From positions 1 to 50,905 of the forward strand of contig JAUYKG010000031.1 of assembly GCA_030700105.1 (NCBI GenBank): a stretch of 50,905 nucleotides of DNA. Reading direction: 5' to 3'. Every line of letters starts with the position of its first letter. Positions within the stretch are counted from its first letter, which is position 1. The position numbers were made by a program, and so were the translations under genes. This document shows, piece by piece, positions 1 to 8,867 of the stretch. Under the pieces are notes generated by a model. The model ran no database searches. It saw only the letters and a program-made list of their open reading frames with translations, and had not been told where the DNA came from. Origin of the DNA: Candidatus Veblenbacteria bacterium (lineage in GTDB: Bacteria; Patescibacteriota; Patescibacteriia; Veblenbacterales; UBA10138).

Positions 1-82
1 GTCATGGCGGAGGGCCCATAACCCAACCCGCCTCGAATCCATATATACCGGAACAATCCTGGATTCGTAAGGTGTGCCTAAG

Positions 83-114
83 GCCTATTCGTTCGACGGA
101 TAGGCTTTTTATTT
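83..114 (+). terminator. Rho-independent terminator-like hairpin plus T-run
   Basis: GCCTAT (83-88), an 11-nt loop, then ATAGGC (100-105), followed by TTTTTATTT. It lies 13 nt after a plus-strand frame that enters from the left edge and stops at TAA 68-70. The T-run overlaps the convergent rsmI stop codon (109-111). Confidence 0.5.
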
Positions 115-780
115 CTGTGGAGCTACCACAATAACGAACTCGCCCTTGATGGAGCTCGCTTTCAGTTGCTCAACTATTTCAAGCGCGGTGCCACGGTACA
201 CAGTTTCGTACATTTTCGTTAACTCCCGGCACACCACCATTGGCCTGGTGCCAACGACGGAGCCCAATTCCCCCAAGGTCTTAAGGATACGGTGTGTGGC
301 CTCAAAAAATACTACCGCGTGGGAGCTGGCCGCTACCTCTGCAAAGAACTTTTTCCTGCCTTTTTTGTGCGGTGGGTAGCCAAGGAACAGGTAAGAATTG
401 GCTGGCACGCCAGCCACGGACAAAGCGGCTGTTACCGCCGAGGGACCGGGAATGGGCACCACGGCAAAACCAGCCTGGGCCGCGGCTTGTACCAACTTAC
501 CTCCCGGGTCCGCCAGGCCCGGCGTACCGGCATCGGAAGCGTAGGCAACATCTTCCCCTGCTCGCAACCGTGCCAACACCTGCTCCACCACCCGCGCAGG
601 CGAATGGTGGTGAAGGGCCAACAAAGATTTCCGCAGCTCAAGGTGCGCCAAGAGTTTGGCGGTTACCCGCGTATCTTCGCACGCCAGCAAAGAAACCGCA
701 CGCAGAGTTTCCCGCGCGCGCTCAGAAATATCCCCCAGGTTACCTATTGGCGTAGCCACCATGTAGAGCGTACCGGCCAT
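109..780 (-). CDS. rsmI: 16S rRNA (cytidine1402-2'-O)-methyltransferase RsmI (tetrapyrrole-methylase fold)
   Basis: 223 aa. The N-terminus GTLYMVATPIGNLGDIS..RA...L..V..LACEDTR is the characteristic RsmI signature. ATG at 780 checked (cat on the plus strand). Confidence 0.85.
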   Translation of the reverse strand: MAGTLYMVATPIGNLGDISERARETLRAVSLLACEDTRVTAKLLAHLELRKSLLALHHHSPARVVEQVLARLRAGEDVAYASDAGTPGLADPGGKLVQAAAQAGFAVVPIPGPSAVTAALSVAGVPANSYLFLGYPPHKKGRKKFFAEVAASSHAVVFFEATHRILKTLGELGSVVGTRPMVVCRELTKMYETVYRGTALEIVEQLKASSIKGEFVIVVAPQK

Positions 781-791
781 AGGCGGAACGC

Positions 792-1865
792 TTAGGTGAC
801 TTCGGTTGGCGGCTCGCCTTCCAGGGCAAGCTCCTTTGATAAGCGCTTGTCGAAAAAGTCGGACAGGAATACACCCAACGACACTACCAACGGAATGGCA
901 AGTACCGCGCCAATCACGCCACCGAGCTTGGCCCCGACAGCAATAGCCACAATGGAAACAACGGGGTTCAATCCCACAGTACGTTTCATAACCATGGGCA
1001 CAATAAGGTTATTCTCCAGCTGCTGTACCACGAGGTACAATGCCGCCACCAAGAGCGCCTGCAGGGGCGAATCGGACAAGGCCAAAAAAATGGCGGGTAT
1101 GGCCCCGAGAATTGGCCCCACGTAAGGGATAATCTCGGTCAGGCCGGCCCAAAGCGCCAGTACCAGAGCGTACTCAGCGCCGAGCAGTTTGAGCCCGATA
1201 TAGACAAGAGCGCCGATAATAAGCATGAGCAAGAGCTGCCCCCGGAGCCAGGAACCAAGCTTGGCTTTAAGGCGCCGCATCATCTGCACAAGATACGGCT
1301 GGTAAGCCGAAGGGGTAACCGAGCGGATAAAGCGCATAATACCGTCCTCTTCCACTACCAAGTAGAACGCCACGGTAAGAAGCACAATGAATTGCAAGAT
1401 ACCACCAAAAATGCTCACCAAGGTGGAAAGAATGGAACTGGTGGCTTGGGCTAAGTTGGCACCCAAACTCTGCAGGCTCTGCTGCAAAGAAGATGCCACC
1501 TGGTCGTGCCCTGTGCCCGAAACGTAAGAGAAAGCCGAGAGTAACCGCTCGTAATAGGAAGGAAAACTTTTTGCTAGCTCGGTCACCTGGTCAATGAGTG
1601 GCGGCACCATGAGTATGATAACGAGCGAAAGCACCAAGAAAATAACAAGATACAACACCAGCACGGCCAGGGCTCGCGGAATGCGGTTGCGGTTCATCCA
1701 GTTAACGGCCGGCTCCAAGGCAGTGGCAAAAATAATGGCCACGAACACCAGGGCCAGCACATCCAACACCTGGTAGAAGAAATACACCAGCGCCACTAAG
1801 AGTAACGCCTTGAGCATAGTGCCCGCGGTAATGTCCACCTTATGCATGGATGCCTCGTGCGTCAT
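792..1865 (-). CDS. AI-2E family (PerM/UPF0118) integral membrane transporter
   Basis: Multi-TM protein with the typical C-terminal block LALWAGLTEIIPYVGPILGAIPAIFLAL. The track ORF starts at GTG 1883. The first ATG (1865) lies 22 nt after the upstream stop, so I prefer it. Confidence 0.7.
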   Translation of the reverse strand: MTHEASMHKVDITAGTMLKALLLVALVYFFYQVLDVLALVFVAIIFATALEPAVNWMNRNRIPRALAVLVLYLVIFLVLSLVIILMVPPLIDQVTELAKSFPSYYERLLSAFSYVSGTGHDQVASSLQQSLQSLGANLAQATSSILSTLVSIFGGILQFIVLLTVAFYLVVEEDGIMRFIRSVTPSAYQPYLVQMMRRLKAKLGSWLRGQLLLMLIIGALVYIGLKLLGAEYALVLALWAGLTEIIPYVGPILGAIPAIFLALSDSPLQALLVAALYLVVQQLENNLIVPMVMKRTVGLNPVVSIVAIAVGAKLGGVIGAVLAIPLVVSLGVFLSDFFDKRLSKELALEGEPPTEVT

Positions 1866-1887
1866 ACCCTTATACCATAGCACAAAA

Positions 1888-3153
1888 TTAGGCCAAAAGC
1901 TTGTGCCAGGGCGCAGCGGAAGAAAACGGTCCTATGAGCGCCAGGCTGGCCTGATTGAGCTTGAGTATGTCAGCCGCCGCCTTCTGCAAGGCATGGGCGG
2001 GCACGCGCTCGAGGCGCGCCATAAATTCGTGAGGTGCTTCTCGGGAATGCTCGAACATGAACTCTTTGGCCACCCAACTCGCCCGCGCCGAAGAATCCTC
2101 CAAGGCCAAAGTGAGCTTGCCCTTTATGTACTCCTTGGCTTTTTTGAGCTCCTCCTGCCTAATAGGCTCGCGCACCACGCGCTCCAGTTCTTCACGTATC
2201 AAGCGGATAGCCTGTTCCAGGCGCGCCCTATCGAGGCCCGCTTGCACCGCGAATATACCCGTACCTTGGTACTGATCAGCCAAAGCTTGAATGGAATAGC
2301 ACAAACCTTCGCGTTCGCGTAGGCGCAAGAACAAACGCGAGCTCATATTGCCCCCCAGCACTGTGGCAAGGAGTTCAAGGGCTAAAAATCGCTTATCACG
2401 CCAGCCGTAGGAAGGAAAACCGAGCGCCAACTGCACCTGTTGTGTATCTTTCTTCTGTATGGCAACCCGGGGCGTACGTTGGCGCGCCACAAAAGGGGCT
2501 TCCCGCAGTGCGGCTGTAGGGCGACGTTCATTGAAGCGCATTTGAATGAAGCGCTGCGTGGCAGTAGAGATCTTGCCGGCCACCACCAGCAACATCCGTT
2601 TGGGTGCGTAGTGCCGGCGGTGGTAGCCTGCTACCTGCGCGCGGCGCAAAGCCACAACACTCCTTTGGCTACCGGCTATGTTAACGCCCAAACTTGAGCC
2701 CTGGAACACCGCCCCCTCCAAAAGGTCACCAATGTGCATTATGGGGTTATCTTCGTACATCTTTATTTCCTCGCAAATCACCTTTTTCTCGCGCCCCAGT
2801 TCCGCACCGTCCAAACGAGGTTGCCAAACCATATCGGCTACCACGTCAATGGCTAACGGCAAGTGCTGGCTTGCCACCTTAACGTAGTAGCCCGTGTGCT
2901 CCTTGGAGGTAAAGGCGTTGTAATCCGCCCCCACTCCGTCCAGGGTTTGCGAAAGTTCTTTGGCCGTGGGCCACTTCTGGGTGCCCTTAAAGAGCATGTG
3001 CTCCAAAACGTGCGACAAGCCTTTTTCGGTAACGTTTTCATGCCGGGAACCAATGTGCACCAGCGCCAGCACGGTAGCAGAATCCGTACCAGGCATGGGC
3101 ACAGCTAACACCGGCAAACCATTAGGGAGGCGATGAAACTTAGTCGTAGACAT
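1888..3153 (-). CDS. M16-family zinc metallopeptidase (insulinase/pitrilysin-like)
   Basis: 421 aa. Inverted zinc motif HxxEH present (GLSHVLEHMLFKGT). ATG at 3153 checked. Confidence 0.8.
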   Translation of the reverse strand: MSTTKFHRLPNGLPVLAVPMPGTDSATVLALVHIGSRHENVTEKGLSHVLEHMLFKGTQKWPTAKELSQTLDGVGADYNAFTSKEHTGYYVKVASQHLPLAIDVVADMVWQPRLDGAELGREKKVICEEIKMYEDNPIMHIGDLLEGAVFQGSSLGVNIAGSQRSVVALRRAQVAGYHRRHYAPKRMLLVVAGKISTATQRFIQMRFNERRPTAALREAPFVARQRTPRVAIQKKDTQQVQLALGFPSYGWRDKRFLALELLATVLGGNMSSRLFLRLREREGLCYSIQALADQYQGTGIFAVQAGLDRARLEQAIRLIREELERVVREPIRQEELKKAKEYIKGKLTLALEDSSARASWVAKEFMFEHSREAPHEFMARLERVPAHALQKAAADILKLNQASLALIGPFSSAAPWHKLLA

Positions 3154-3199
3154 GAACTAGTATGTAGTAATATTGATTCAAAACTTAAAAGATTTCTCC

Positions 3200-4726
3200 C
3201 TAAATCTTTCTAACAATGCCTGCTTCCGCGTCAACTTCCACCATATCACCATCCTTTAAAAACTTAGTAGCTACCTTTGTTCCTATGACGCAAGGTTTTT
3301 TCAATTCACGCGCGATTATGGCAGCATGGCACGTAAGCCCACCGTCGTTAGTAACTATGGCACCGCAACGAACGATTGCAGGCATAAACCGCGGACTGGT
3401 CATATAGGCAACGAGGATGTCGCCCTGTCCGACCTTATTTATATCCCTATAGGAGAGTACGATTCTGGCCCTACCCTTCACCTTCCCTGGAGACGCTACC
3501 ATACCCTTAATTTCTTGTCGCACGACGGGCGGTTCTTTCTCATCGGCCGATTTTGCGGAGAAAATCTTTTCCTTCAGGTCCTTAGCCTCTTGCCCAACAT
3601 AGCGGTAAATGTGGGTAACGTCGCCATCCAGAAGCGATATCACCATACTATGTTCTTTTTTTTGATTAATATATTTTCTGGGATATCGCCCTTCACCCTT
3701 TAGAAGTGCCACTAATTCTTCCGGCCACAGGTACTTTACTTCTGACAGCGTGAGACCAAATCTCCTCCCAACTTCTTTAAAGAAACTATCAAGACAGTAG
3801 TGCAAATAATCGTCAGTTTGGTTCCTCAGATCTTTGGCATAAGACACCAACGACATGGCCTTGAAGGCCTCAATTTCAGTAGGTGAAAACTTACATGCGG
3901 AAATAATGGCTGATTTAGCTATCTTCTTATGGTCTTTTTCGTCCCTTTGTACTACAGACTTCAGCACTTCTTCGTACGTAATCACTGGACCGTTATAATC
4001 AAAACCGACCCATTTGTATTTACTTAGAAAACTTTTTATCTTCTTGTCCAACGGTCGCGATTGACGCCTAACGGCATTCGCAGTTAGCTTCGGCAACTGC
4101 GCTACCTCTTCCGAAAATGCTTTAGCTAGCTCATCTAACGCCTTCTCCTTCTGCTTGTAGTACGTGATTTCTTCAAAGTTAATCAGCACACCTAACGCCT
4201 CGTCTTTGGTTAAGCCTAATTTTTCCAATTTTTTTTCATAATTGGAAATCGCCGAACGGACCTGCTTTTGCAAAACCTGCGAACACCAAGTAAAAAATCC
4301 ATTAACGAAAGATAATCCATATGGTTCAATTATGGTTTTATATAATTTCAACAGTTTCTCGTTACTATAGGTGCTTAAATCTCGGTCATAAAAAGCCGTA
4401 GCTCTCTTTGTTGCGTCCTCACAATAGGCAAAAAGCCTTTGGGTTTGCTTCTTAACACCCGCCAAAGAATACAAACGGGGCGTTACGTTCAAAATTGCTT
4501 TCCTATATTCAGGAGCATGTAGGTAGAGCTCAATCTCGTTGTTTTGCCAATACAGCAGCCAGGATATATTCGTGCCAAAAACTTCGTGACACTCCCGGCT
4601 GCGAGACGAAAAACCCACTTTCAACCAAACTGGTAGTATGAAAATGTCGGCCCGTTTCGTTAGGAAATACCAATCGCCCCGTATAGCCTCTTCAATCGTT
4701 TGTTTATAATCACCAGGCAATTTCAT
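3200..4726 (-). CDS. PEP-utilizing-enzyme mobile (swivelling phosphohistidine) domain protein, with no ATP-grasp domain
   Basis: 508 aa. The C-terminal approximately 90 aa (GMVASPGKVKGRARIV...VAYMTSPRFMPAIVRCGAIVTNDGGLTCHAAIIARELKKPCVIG) match the PPDK/PEP-synthase/rifampin-phosphotransferase swivel domain, with the TCHAAI phospho-His motif. The N-terminal approximately 410 aa are unassigned. The gene is low-GC. Confidence 0.7.
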   Translation of the reverse strand: MKLPGDYKQTIEEAIRGDWYFLTKRADIFILPVWLKVGFSSRSRECHEVFGTNISWLLYWQNNEIELYLHAPEYRKAILNVTPRLYSLAGVKKQTQRLFAYCEDATKRATAFYDRDLSTYSNEKLLKLYKTIIEPYGLSFVNGFFTWCSQVLQKQVRSAISNYEKKLEKLGLTKDEALGVLINFEEITYYKQKEKALDELAKAFSEEVAQLPKLTANAVRRQSRPLDKKIKSFLSKYKWVGFDYNGPVITYEEVLKSVVQRDEKDHKKIAKSAIISACKFSPTEIEAFKAMSLVSYAKDLRNQTDDYLHYCLDSFFKEVGRRFGLTLSEVKYLWPEELVALLKGEGRYPRKYINQKKEHSMVISLLDGDVTHIYRYVGQEAKDLKEKIFSAKSADEKEPPVVRQEIKGMVASPGKVKGRARIVLSYRDINKVGQGDILVAYMTSPRFMPAIVRCGAIVTNDGGLTCHAAIIARELKKPCVIGTKVATKFLKDGDMVEVDAEAGIVRKI

Positions 4727-4736
4727 GGGGAAATAC

Positions 4737-5744
4737 CTACTGCTGTGATTCTTTCCACGCTACATAATCCATATTGAGCGCTTCCAGTTTTTGCCGGTCA
4801 ATAAATACTGTTCCCGTACTTGGTCTGTGTAGACCCTCAAACGATACTGGGATTCTATCGGGCATATTACCCGGGTCATCTATATCTAGATAAATCGCCT
4901 CCGCAGGTTGAACATAACCGCCAAAATCCTCGCTCTGAAAATCATGAATTCCTCGGACTTCCTCGCCGTCAGACTTGATAAAAATACCGGCTTCCCGTAA
5001 AAGCGACTCGGTAAACAACCCATGTGTTGTGGTATTAAGTACCACGTCTTTCACGGGTGGTTTATTAAGGTTTCTCCTTGCATTTGAATACCGTTTAACA
5101 ATTCCTAATTCTTCAACGAGCTGATGCCCCAACCCCATGGCCAAACGGTGCACCGCTTCAGGAAATTGACCAAGAAATTTTTCAAAAGCTACCTTCTGGT
5201 TTTTCTGCCGTATTGGAGCTATTTTCATTTGTATATCAATGGGGAGCTTCTCAATATCTATCATGGGATTACCGGCACTGTCCTTTTTGCTTACTATCTT
5301 GTCCTTATCTTTTGATATGGCCCCATCAATGAGCGCTCTTAGTTCCGGCACCGCCAGCGCTTCTTCCAAGGTCGGCTCTTCGACATACAGCTTTATTATT
5401 GGAATCAAACCATAGAGATCAGGCTCCAGCACGTCGTATTGGATATCCTTCACCTGCCTGGTGCCATATTGTTCCCTGCTTAGCTGCGACTTTATACCAC
5501 TCTCCTTCGAAATAAGGTCTCCCGTCTGAAATGCCCTCGCGCTCTTATGGTCACTCACATAGGCCTTTAGCACTTCAGCCTCATCCATAACTTCTCCCTT
5601 TCGTTTGGCGTGCTCAATCCCCTCCGGACTTAACTCGCCCGAAGGAAGCCGTTCGGCGTGTCTCGTAATCATAAGACGATAGCGCGGTTTCTTCTCGGCT
5701 TCCGCAAAGCCGCCACCCATTTCAATCACATTTTCCATACTCAT
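4737..5744 (-). CDS. Histidine-phosphatase-superfamily (phosphoglycerate-mutase-like) protein, divergent
   Basis: RHG-type motif ITRHAERL, followed by SDHKSARAFQTG (compare SPxxRAxQTA) and a distal TTHGLF histidine. The track ORF starts at TTG 5762 and overlaps glyQS. The first ATG is 5744, 7 nt after the glyQS stop. The gene is low-GC. Confidence 0.5.
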   Translation of the reverse strand: MSMENVIEMGGGFAEAEKKPRYRLMITRHAERLPSGELSPEGIEHAKRKGEVMDEAEVLKAYVSDHKSARAFQTGDLISKESGIKSQLSREQYGTRQVKDIQYDVLEPDLYGLIPIIKLYVEEPTLEEALAVPELRALIDGAISKDKDKIVSKKDSAGNPMIDIEKLPIDIQMKIAPIRQKNQKVAFEKFLGQFPEAVHRLAMGLGHQLVEELGIVKRYSNARRNLNKPPVKDVVLNTTTHGLFTESLLREAGIFIKSDGEEVRGIHDFQSEDFGGYVQPAEAIYLDIDDPGNMPDRIPVSFEGLHRPSTGTVFIDRQKLEALNMDYVAWKESQQ

Positions 5745-5751
5745 TTTGGTT

Positions 5752-7140
5752 TCATGAACCAAACTTGTCCTTCAGGTACTCCCTCACTTCCTGAATCTTC
5801 ACCCGCTCCTGCTTCATGGAATCACGGTCACGCACGGTAACCGCTTTATCATTCAAACTCTCAAAATCAACAGTTACGCAGTACGGCGTGCCGATTTCGT
5901 CCTGCCGCCGGTAGCGCTTGCCTATGGATTGTGTGTCGTCGTACTCCACCGTGAACTTCTGCCGTAAATCTTGGGCGAGCGCCTGGGCAACCGTGGCAAG
6001 TTCCTCCTTTTTAGAAAGCGGCAACACGGCCACCTGAATAGGCGCCAGGTGCTTAGGCAATTTGAGTACGACGCGCCTATCGGTCTCGCCCGCCTCGGCC
6101 GTGGGCGCCTCCTCTTCATGATAGGCCGAGAGCAAAGTAACGAGCACGGTCCGCTCCAAACCCATGGAAGGTTCCACCACGTGAGGAATAAACTTTTCTC
6201 CTGTTTCGGGGTCTTGGTAGGTAAGGTCGGCACCCGAGTGTTTGGCATGCTGAGCCAAATCGTAATCAGTACGGTAAGCCAAACCGTACAGCTCTTTCAG
6301 ACCGAACGGATAATGATATTCAATATCTACGGTGCGCTTGGAGTAGTGAGCACGCTCACCTTCGGGTATCTCATGAAAGTACAAACTATTATCAGCCACC
6401 CCCAGGCTCTTCAGCCAGGATTTCATTACCCCCAACCACATCTCAAAGGCCTTTTCCCACGCGGTAGGCTGTACAAAGTACTCCAACTCCATAATCTCGA
6501 ATTCGCGGGTGCGGAAAATGTAGTTACCGGGTGTAATCTCGTTGCGGAAAGCCTTGCCCACCTGAGCAATGCCGAACGGCAGGCGCTTCCGGTTCGCCTG
6601 TTGGATAAGCTTGAAATCGGTGAACATACCCCCCGCCAGTTCGGGCCGGAGGTACACCGTGGCGCCCTCCTCCTCTACCGGGCCCATGGTACTCTTGAAC
6701 ATTAAGTTGAACTGCCGTACCTCGGTAAGCTCACCGCCACACTCCGGACACCGCATAGTACTCCAATCAACCGGCGCCTCCTTGGCGTAGCCAGGCTCCA
6801 AACTGCGTTGCTCCAAAATGTGGTCTGAACGAAAACGCTTTTTACACTTCTTGCAATCAACCAAGGGGTCGGTAAAGTTCATAATGTGCCCGGAGGCTTC
6901 CCACACCTTGGAATTCATGATCACCCCACTCTCCAGCAGCACCATATCGTCCCGCGAGGTCACGAAATGTTTTATCCAGGCCTGGCGAATATTGTTCTTC
7001 AGAAGCGCACCATACGGCCCAAAATCCCAAGCATTCGCCAACCCGCCGTAAATTTCCGAACCAGGCAGAATAATTCCCCGCTGTTTGCACAGCGAGATGA
7101 GTTTATCCATTAAATTCTGACCAGCATTTTCTTGGCTCAT
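5752..7140 (-). CDS. glyQS: Glycine--tRNA ligase, alpha2 (GlyQS) type
   Basis: 462 aa, a class II aaRS with the typical GlyQS N-terminus (LCKQRGIILPGSEIYGG..NAWDFGPYG) and CxxC...CPxCG insertion. ATG 7140 and TGA 5752-5754 checked. Confidence 0.9.
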   Translation of the reverse strand: MSQENAGQNLMDKLISLCKQRGIILPGSEIYGGLANAWDFGPYGALLKNNIRQAWIKHFVTSRDDMVLLESGVIMNSKVWEASGHIMNFTDPLVDCKKCKKRFRSDHILEQRSLEPGYAKEAPVDWSTMRCPECGGELTEVRQFNLMFKSTMGPVEEEGATVYLRPELAGGMFTDFKLIQQANRKRLPFGIAQVGKAFRNEITPGNYIFRTREFEIMELEYFVQPTAWEKAFEMWLGVMKSWLKSLGVADNSLYFHEIPEGERAHYSKRTVDIEYHYPFGLKELYGLAYRTDYDLAQHAKHSGADLTYQDPETGEKFIPHVVEPSMGLERTVLVTLLSAYHEEEAPTAEAGETDRRVVLKLPKHLAPIQVAVLPLSKKEELATVAQALAQDLRQKFTVEYDDTQSIGKRYRRQDEIGTPYCVTVDFESLNDKAVTVRDRDSMKQERVKIQEVREYLKDKFGS

Positions 7141-7219
7141 AACGACGTTACTCTAGTGGATTTCCGCCGTACTGGCAAATAACCTCCCCACCAAAATTCC
7201 GGCACAAACAAACCATGTG

Positions 7220-8821
7220 TTACCCCCACTCAATGGTGGCGGGGGGCTTATCCGAAATACGGTATACCACCGCGCCGACCTCACGGATCTCGTTGGTAAG
7301 ACGAATGGACACGCGCCGCAGAAAATCAACCGGCAATTCCGCCCAGTTGGCGGTAAAGCCGTTCACACTTGTAACTGCCCACAGCGCCAGCACTATGCCG
7401 CTCGCGGCATCGTCCCCTTTGGTGCAGGTGGTTTGGGACCGCGTAACCACCGCCCCGGCTTGCCAGACTGATTCGTATACACCGGCCCGATGAAGTTCTT
7501 CAAGAAAAATACCATCGGCGGCGCGGGCTATTGTAAGATTCTCCGCGGTTACCTCACCCTCTATCCTCACCACTAAGCCTGGACCAGGGAAAGGGTGTCG
7601 GGTCAGTAATTCTTCCGGCACCTCCAAGTCGCGGCCAATATTGCGTGCCGTATCCTTTACCTGGTCCAGCAACGGTGCCAGCTCGGGCACGGAAAAACCT
7701 AAGTTAACGTTATGGTGAATTTTTATTTGGGCTTTGGCCGCGCCACTCGTGTACCCGCCCGCGCTCTCTGAAACATCGGTGTACAGCGTGCCTTGGGCGA
7801 TAAAGCCGGCGCCGCAGGCTGTGGCCTCTTGCTCCAAAATAGTCCGGTACACTTCACGCATGGCGAGACGCTTATCGCGCATACTTTCCTTGCCCTTAAG
7901 CGCCGCCAGAAACTCGCTTGTGGCATCCACAATTTTCAGCTCCAGCCAAGGTTCACTGCCAAAGTATTTTTTTACATGTGCCTCGTCCTCTGGCCTATCA
8001 ATCCCTTTAATGTACACCCCCACTACCTGCACCTCGATACCAACCAACGCGTGCTTCAAGATAAATGCCACACAAGAAGAATCAGAACCCCCGGAAAGGG
8101 CCAGTAAGACCTTTCTATCCTTAACTAACTCTTTGACTTCCTCCACTTTTTTCATAGCGATCTGGTGCGCCGGGAACTTATCCTTAGCGCCGCAAATGCC
8201 AAAACAAAAATTCTCCAGCATCTTTAAGCCCTGCGGCGTGTGCGTAACCTCCGGGTGGAACTGTACGCCCCACAGGTGCTGGTAGTGCCCGGCAGCTACC
8301 GCGTTCTCGGTATGCCCCAGTACCGTAAGGTGCTGGCCGGGCTCTACCCGGTCACCGTGACTTTCCAGCACCTCCATAGTGCTTGGACAACCACTAAAGA
8401 GCTGCGCCTGCGGATCGGTAACCGTAAAAGTGTGTACGCCGAACTCACGCCGGTTTGCCGCCACCACCGGTGCGCCAATATGCTTGGCCCACATTTGAAA
8501 CCCGAGACAAATACCCAGCACCGGCGTGCCGAGGTCAAAAATACCGACGTCGAACGGTGGCGGTTCAGCGTGCACCGAAGCCGGGCCACCAGAAAGAATG
8601 ATGCCTGTGGGGGCGAACTGCTTAACATCAGCCGCTGTTATTTTCCCGGGGTCTGCCACCAAACAGTACACACCCAAACGCTCCACCGCCATTTTAATAA
8701 GGTGGTCAAACTGGCTGCCCATGGCAAAGAGCAAAAAGAGCTCGCGGCTGTGCCGAAGCTTCTTTTCCGACTCTATTTCAGCCAGCACTTCAGGTGTAAC
8801 TTTGGTTAACGTTTGTAGCAT
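7220..8821 (-). CDS. guaA: GMP synthase (glutamine-hydrolysing)
   Basis: 533 aa. GATase-1 nucleophile block GICLGFQMW, PP-loop LALSGGSDSS, and a C-terminal dimerisation domain ending IEWG. Confidence 0.9.
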   Translation of the reverse strand: MLQTLTKVTPEVLAEIESEKKLRHSRELFLLFAMGSQFDHLIKMAVERLGVYCLVADPGKITAADVKQFAPTGIILSGGPASVHAEPPPFDVGIFDLGTPVLGICLGFQMWAKHIGAPVVAANRREFGVHTFTVTDPQAQLFSGCPSTMEVLESHGDRVEPGQHLTVLGHTENAVAAGHYQHLWGVQFHPEVTHTPQGLKMLENFCFGICGAKDKFPAHQIAMKKVEEVKELVKDRKVLLALSGGSDSSCVAFILKHALVGIEVQVVGVYIKGIDRPEDEAHVKKYFGSEPWLELKIVDATSEFLAALKGKESMRDKRLAMREVYRTILEQEATACGAGFIAQGTLYTDVSESAGGYTSGAAKAQIKIHHNVNLGFSVPELAPLLDQVKDTARNIGRDLEVPEELLTRHPFPGPGLVVRIEGEVTAENLTIARAADGIFLEELHRAGVYESVWQAGAVVTRSQTTCTKGDDAASGIVLALWAVTSVNGFTANWAELPVDFLRRVSIRLTNEIREVGAVVYRISDKPPATIEWG

Positions 8822-8867
8822 AACTAACTGCTGCTAAAAAGTTGGGTTTAATCCCCACTCTAAAGAC

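Noticed and set aside
1-82. Left-edge segment as the 3' end of a structured ncRNA (GGCGG...CCGCC and GAATCC...GGATTC inverted repeats)
   Set aside because: A simpler reading is the last 23 codons of a plus-strand CDS ending at TAA 68-70, followed by its terminator at 83-114. There is too little sequence to support an RNA call or a product.
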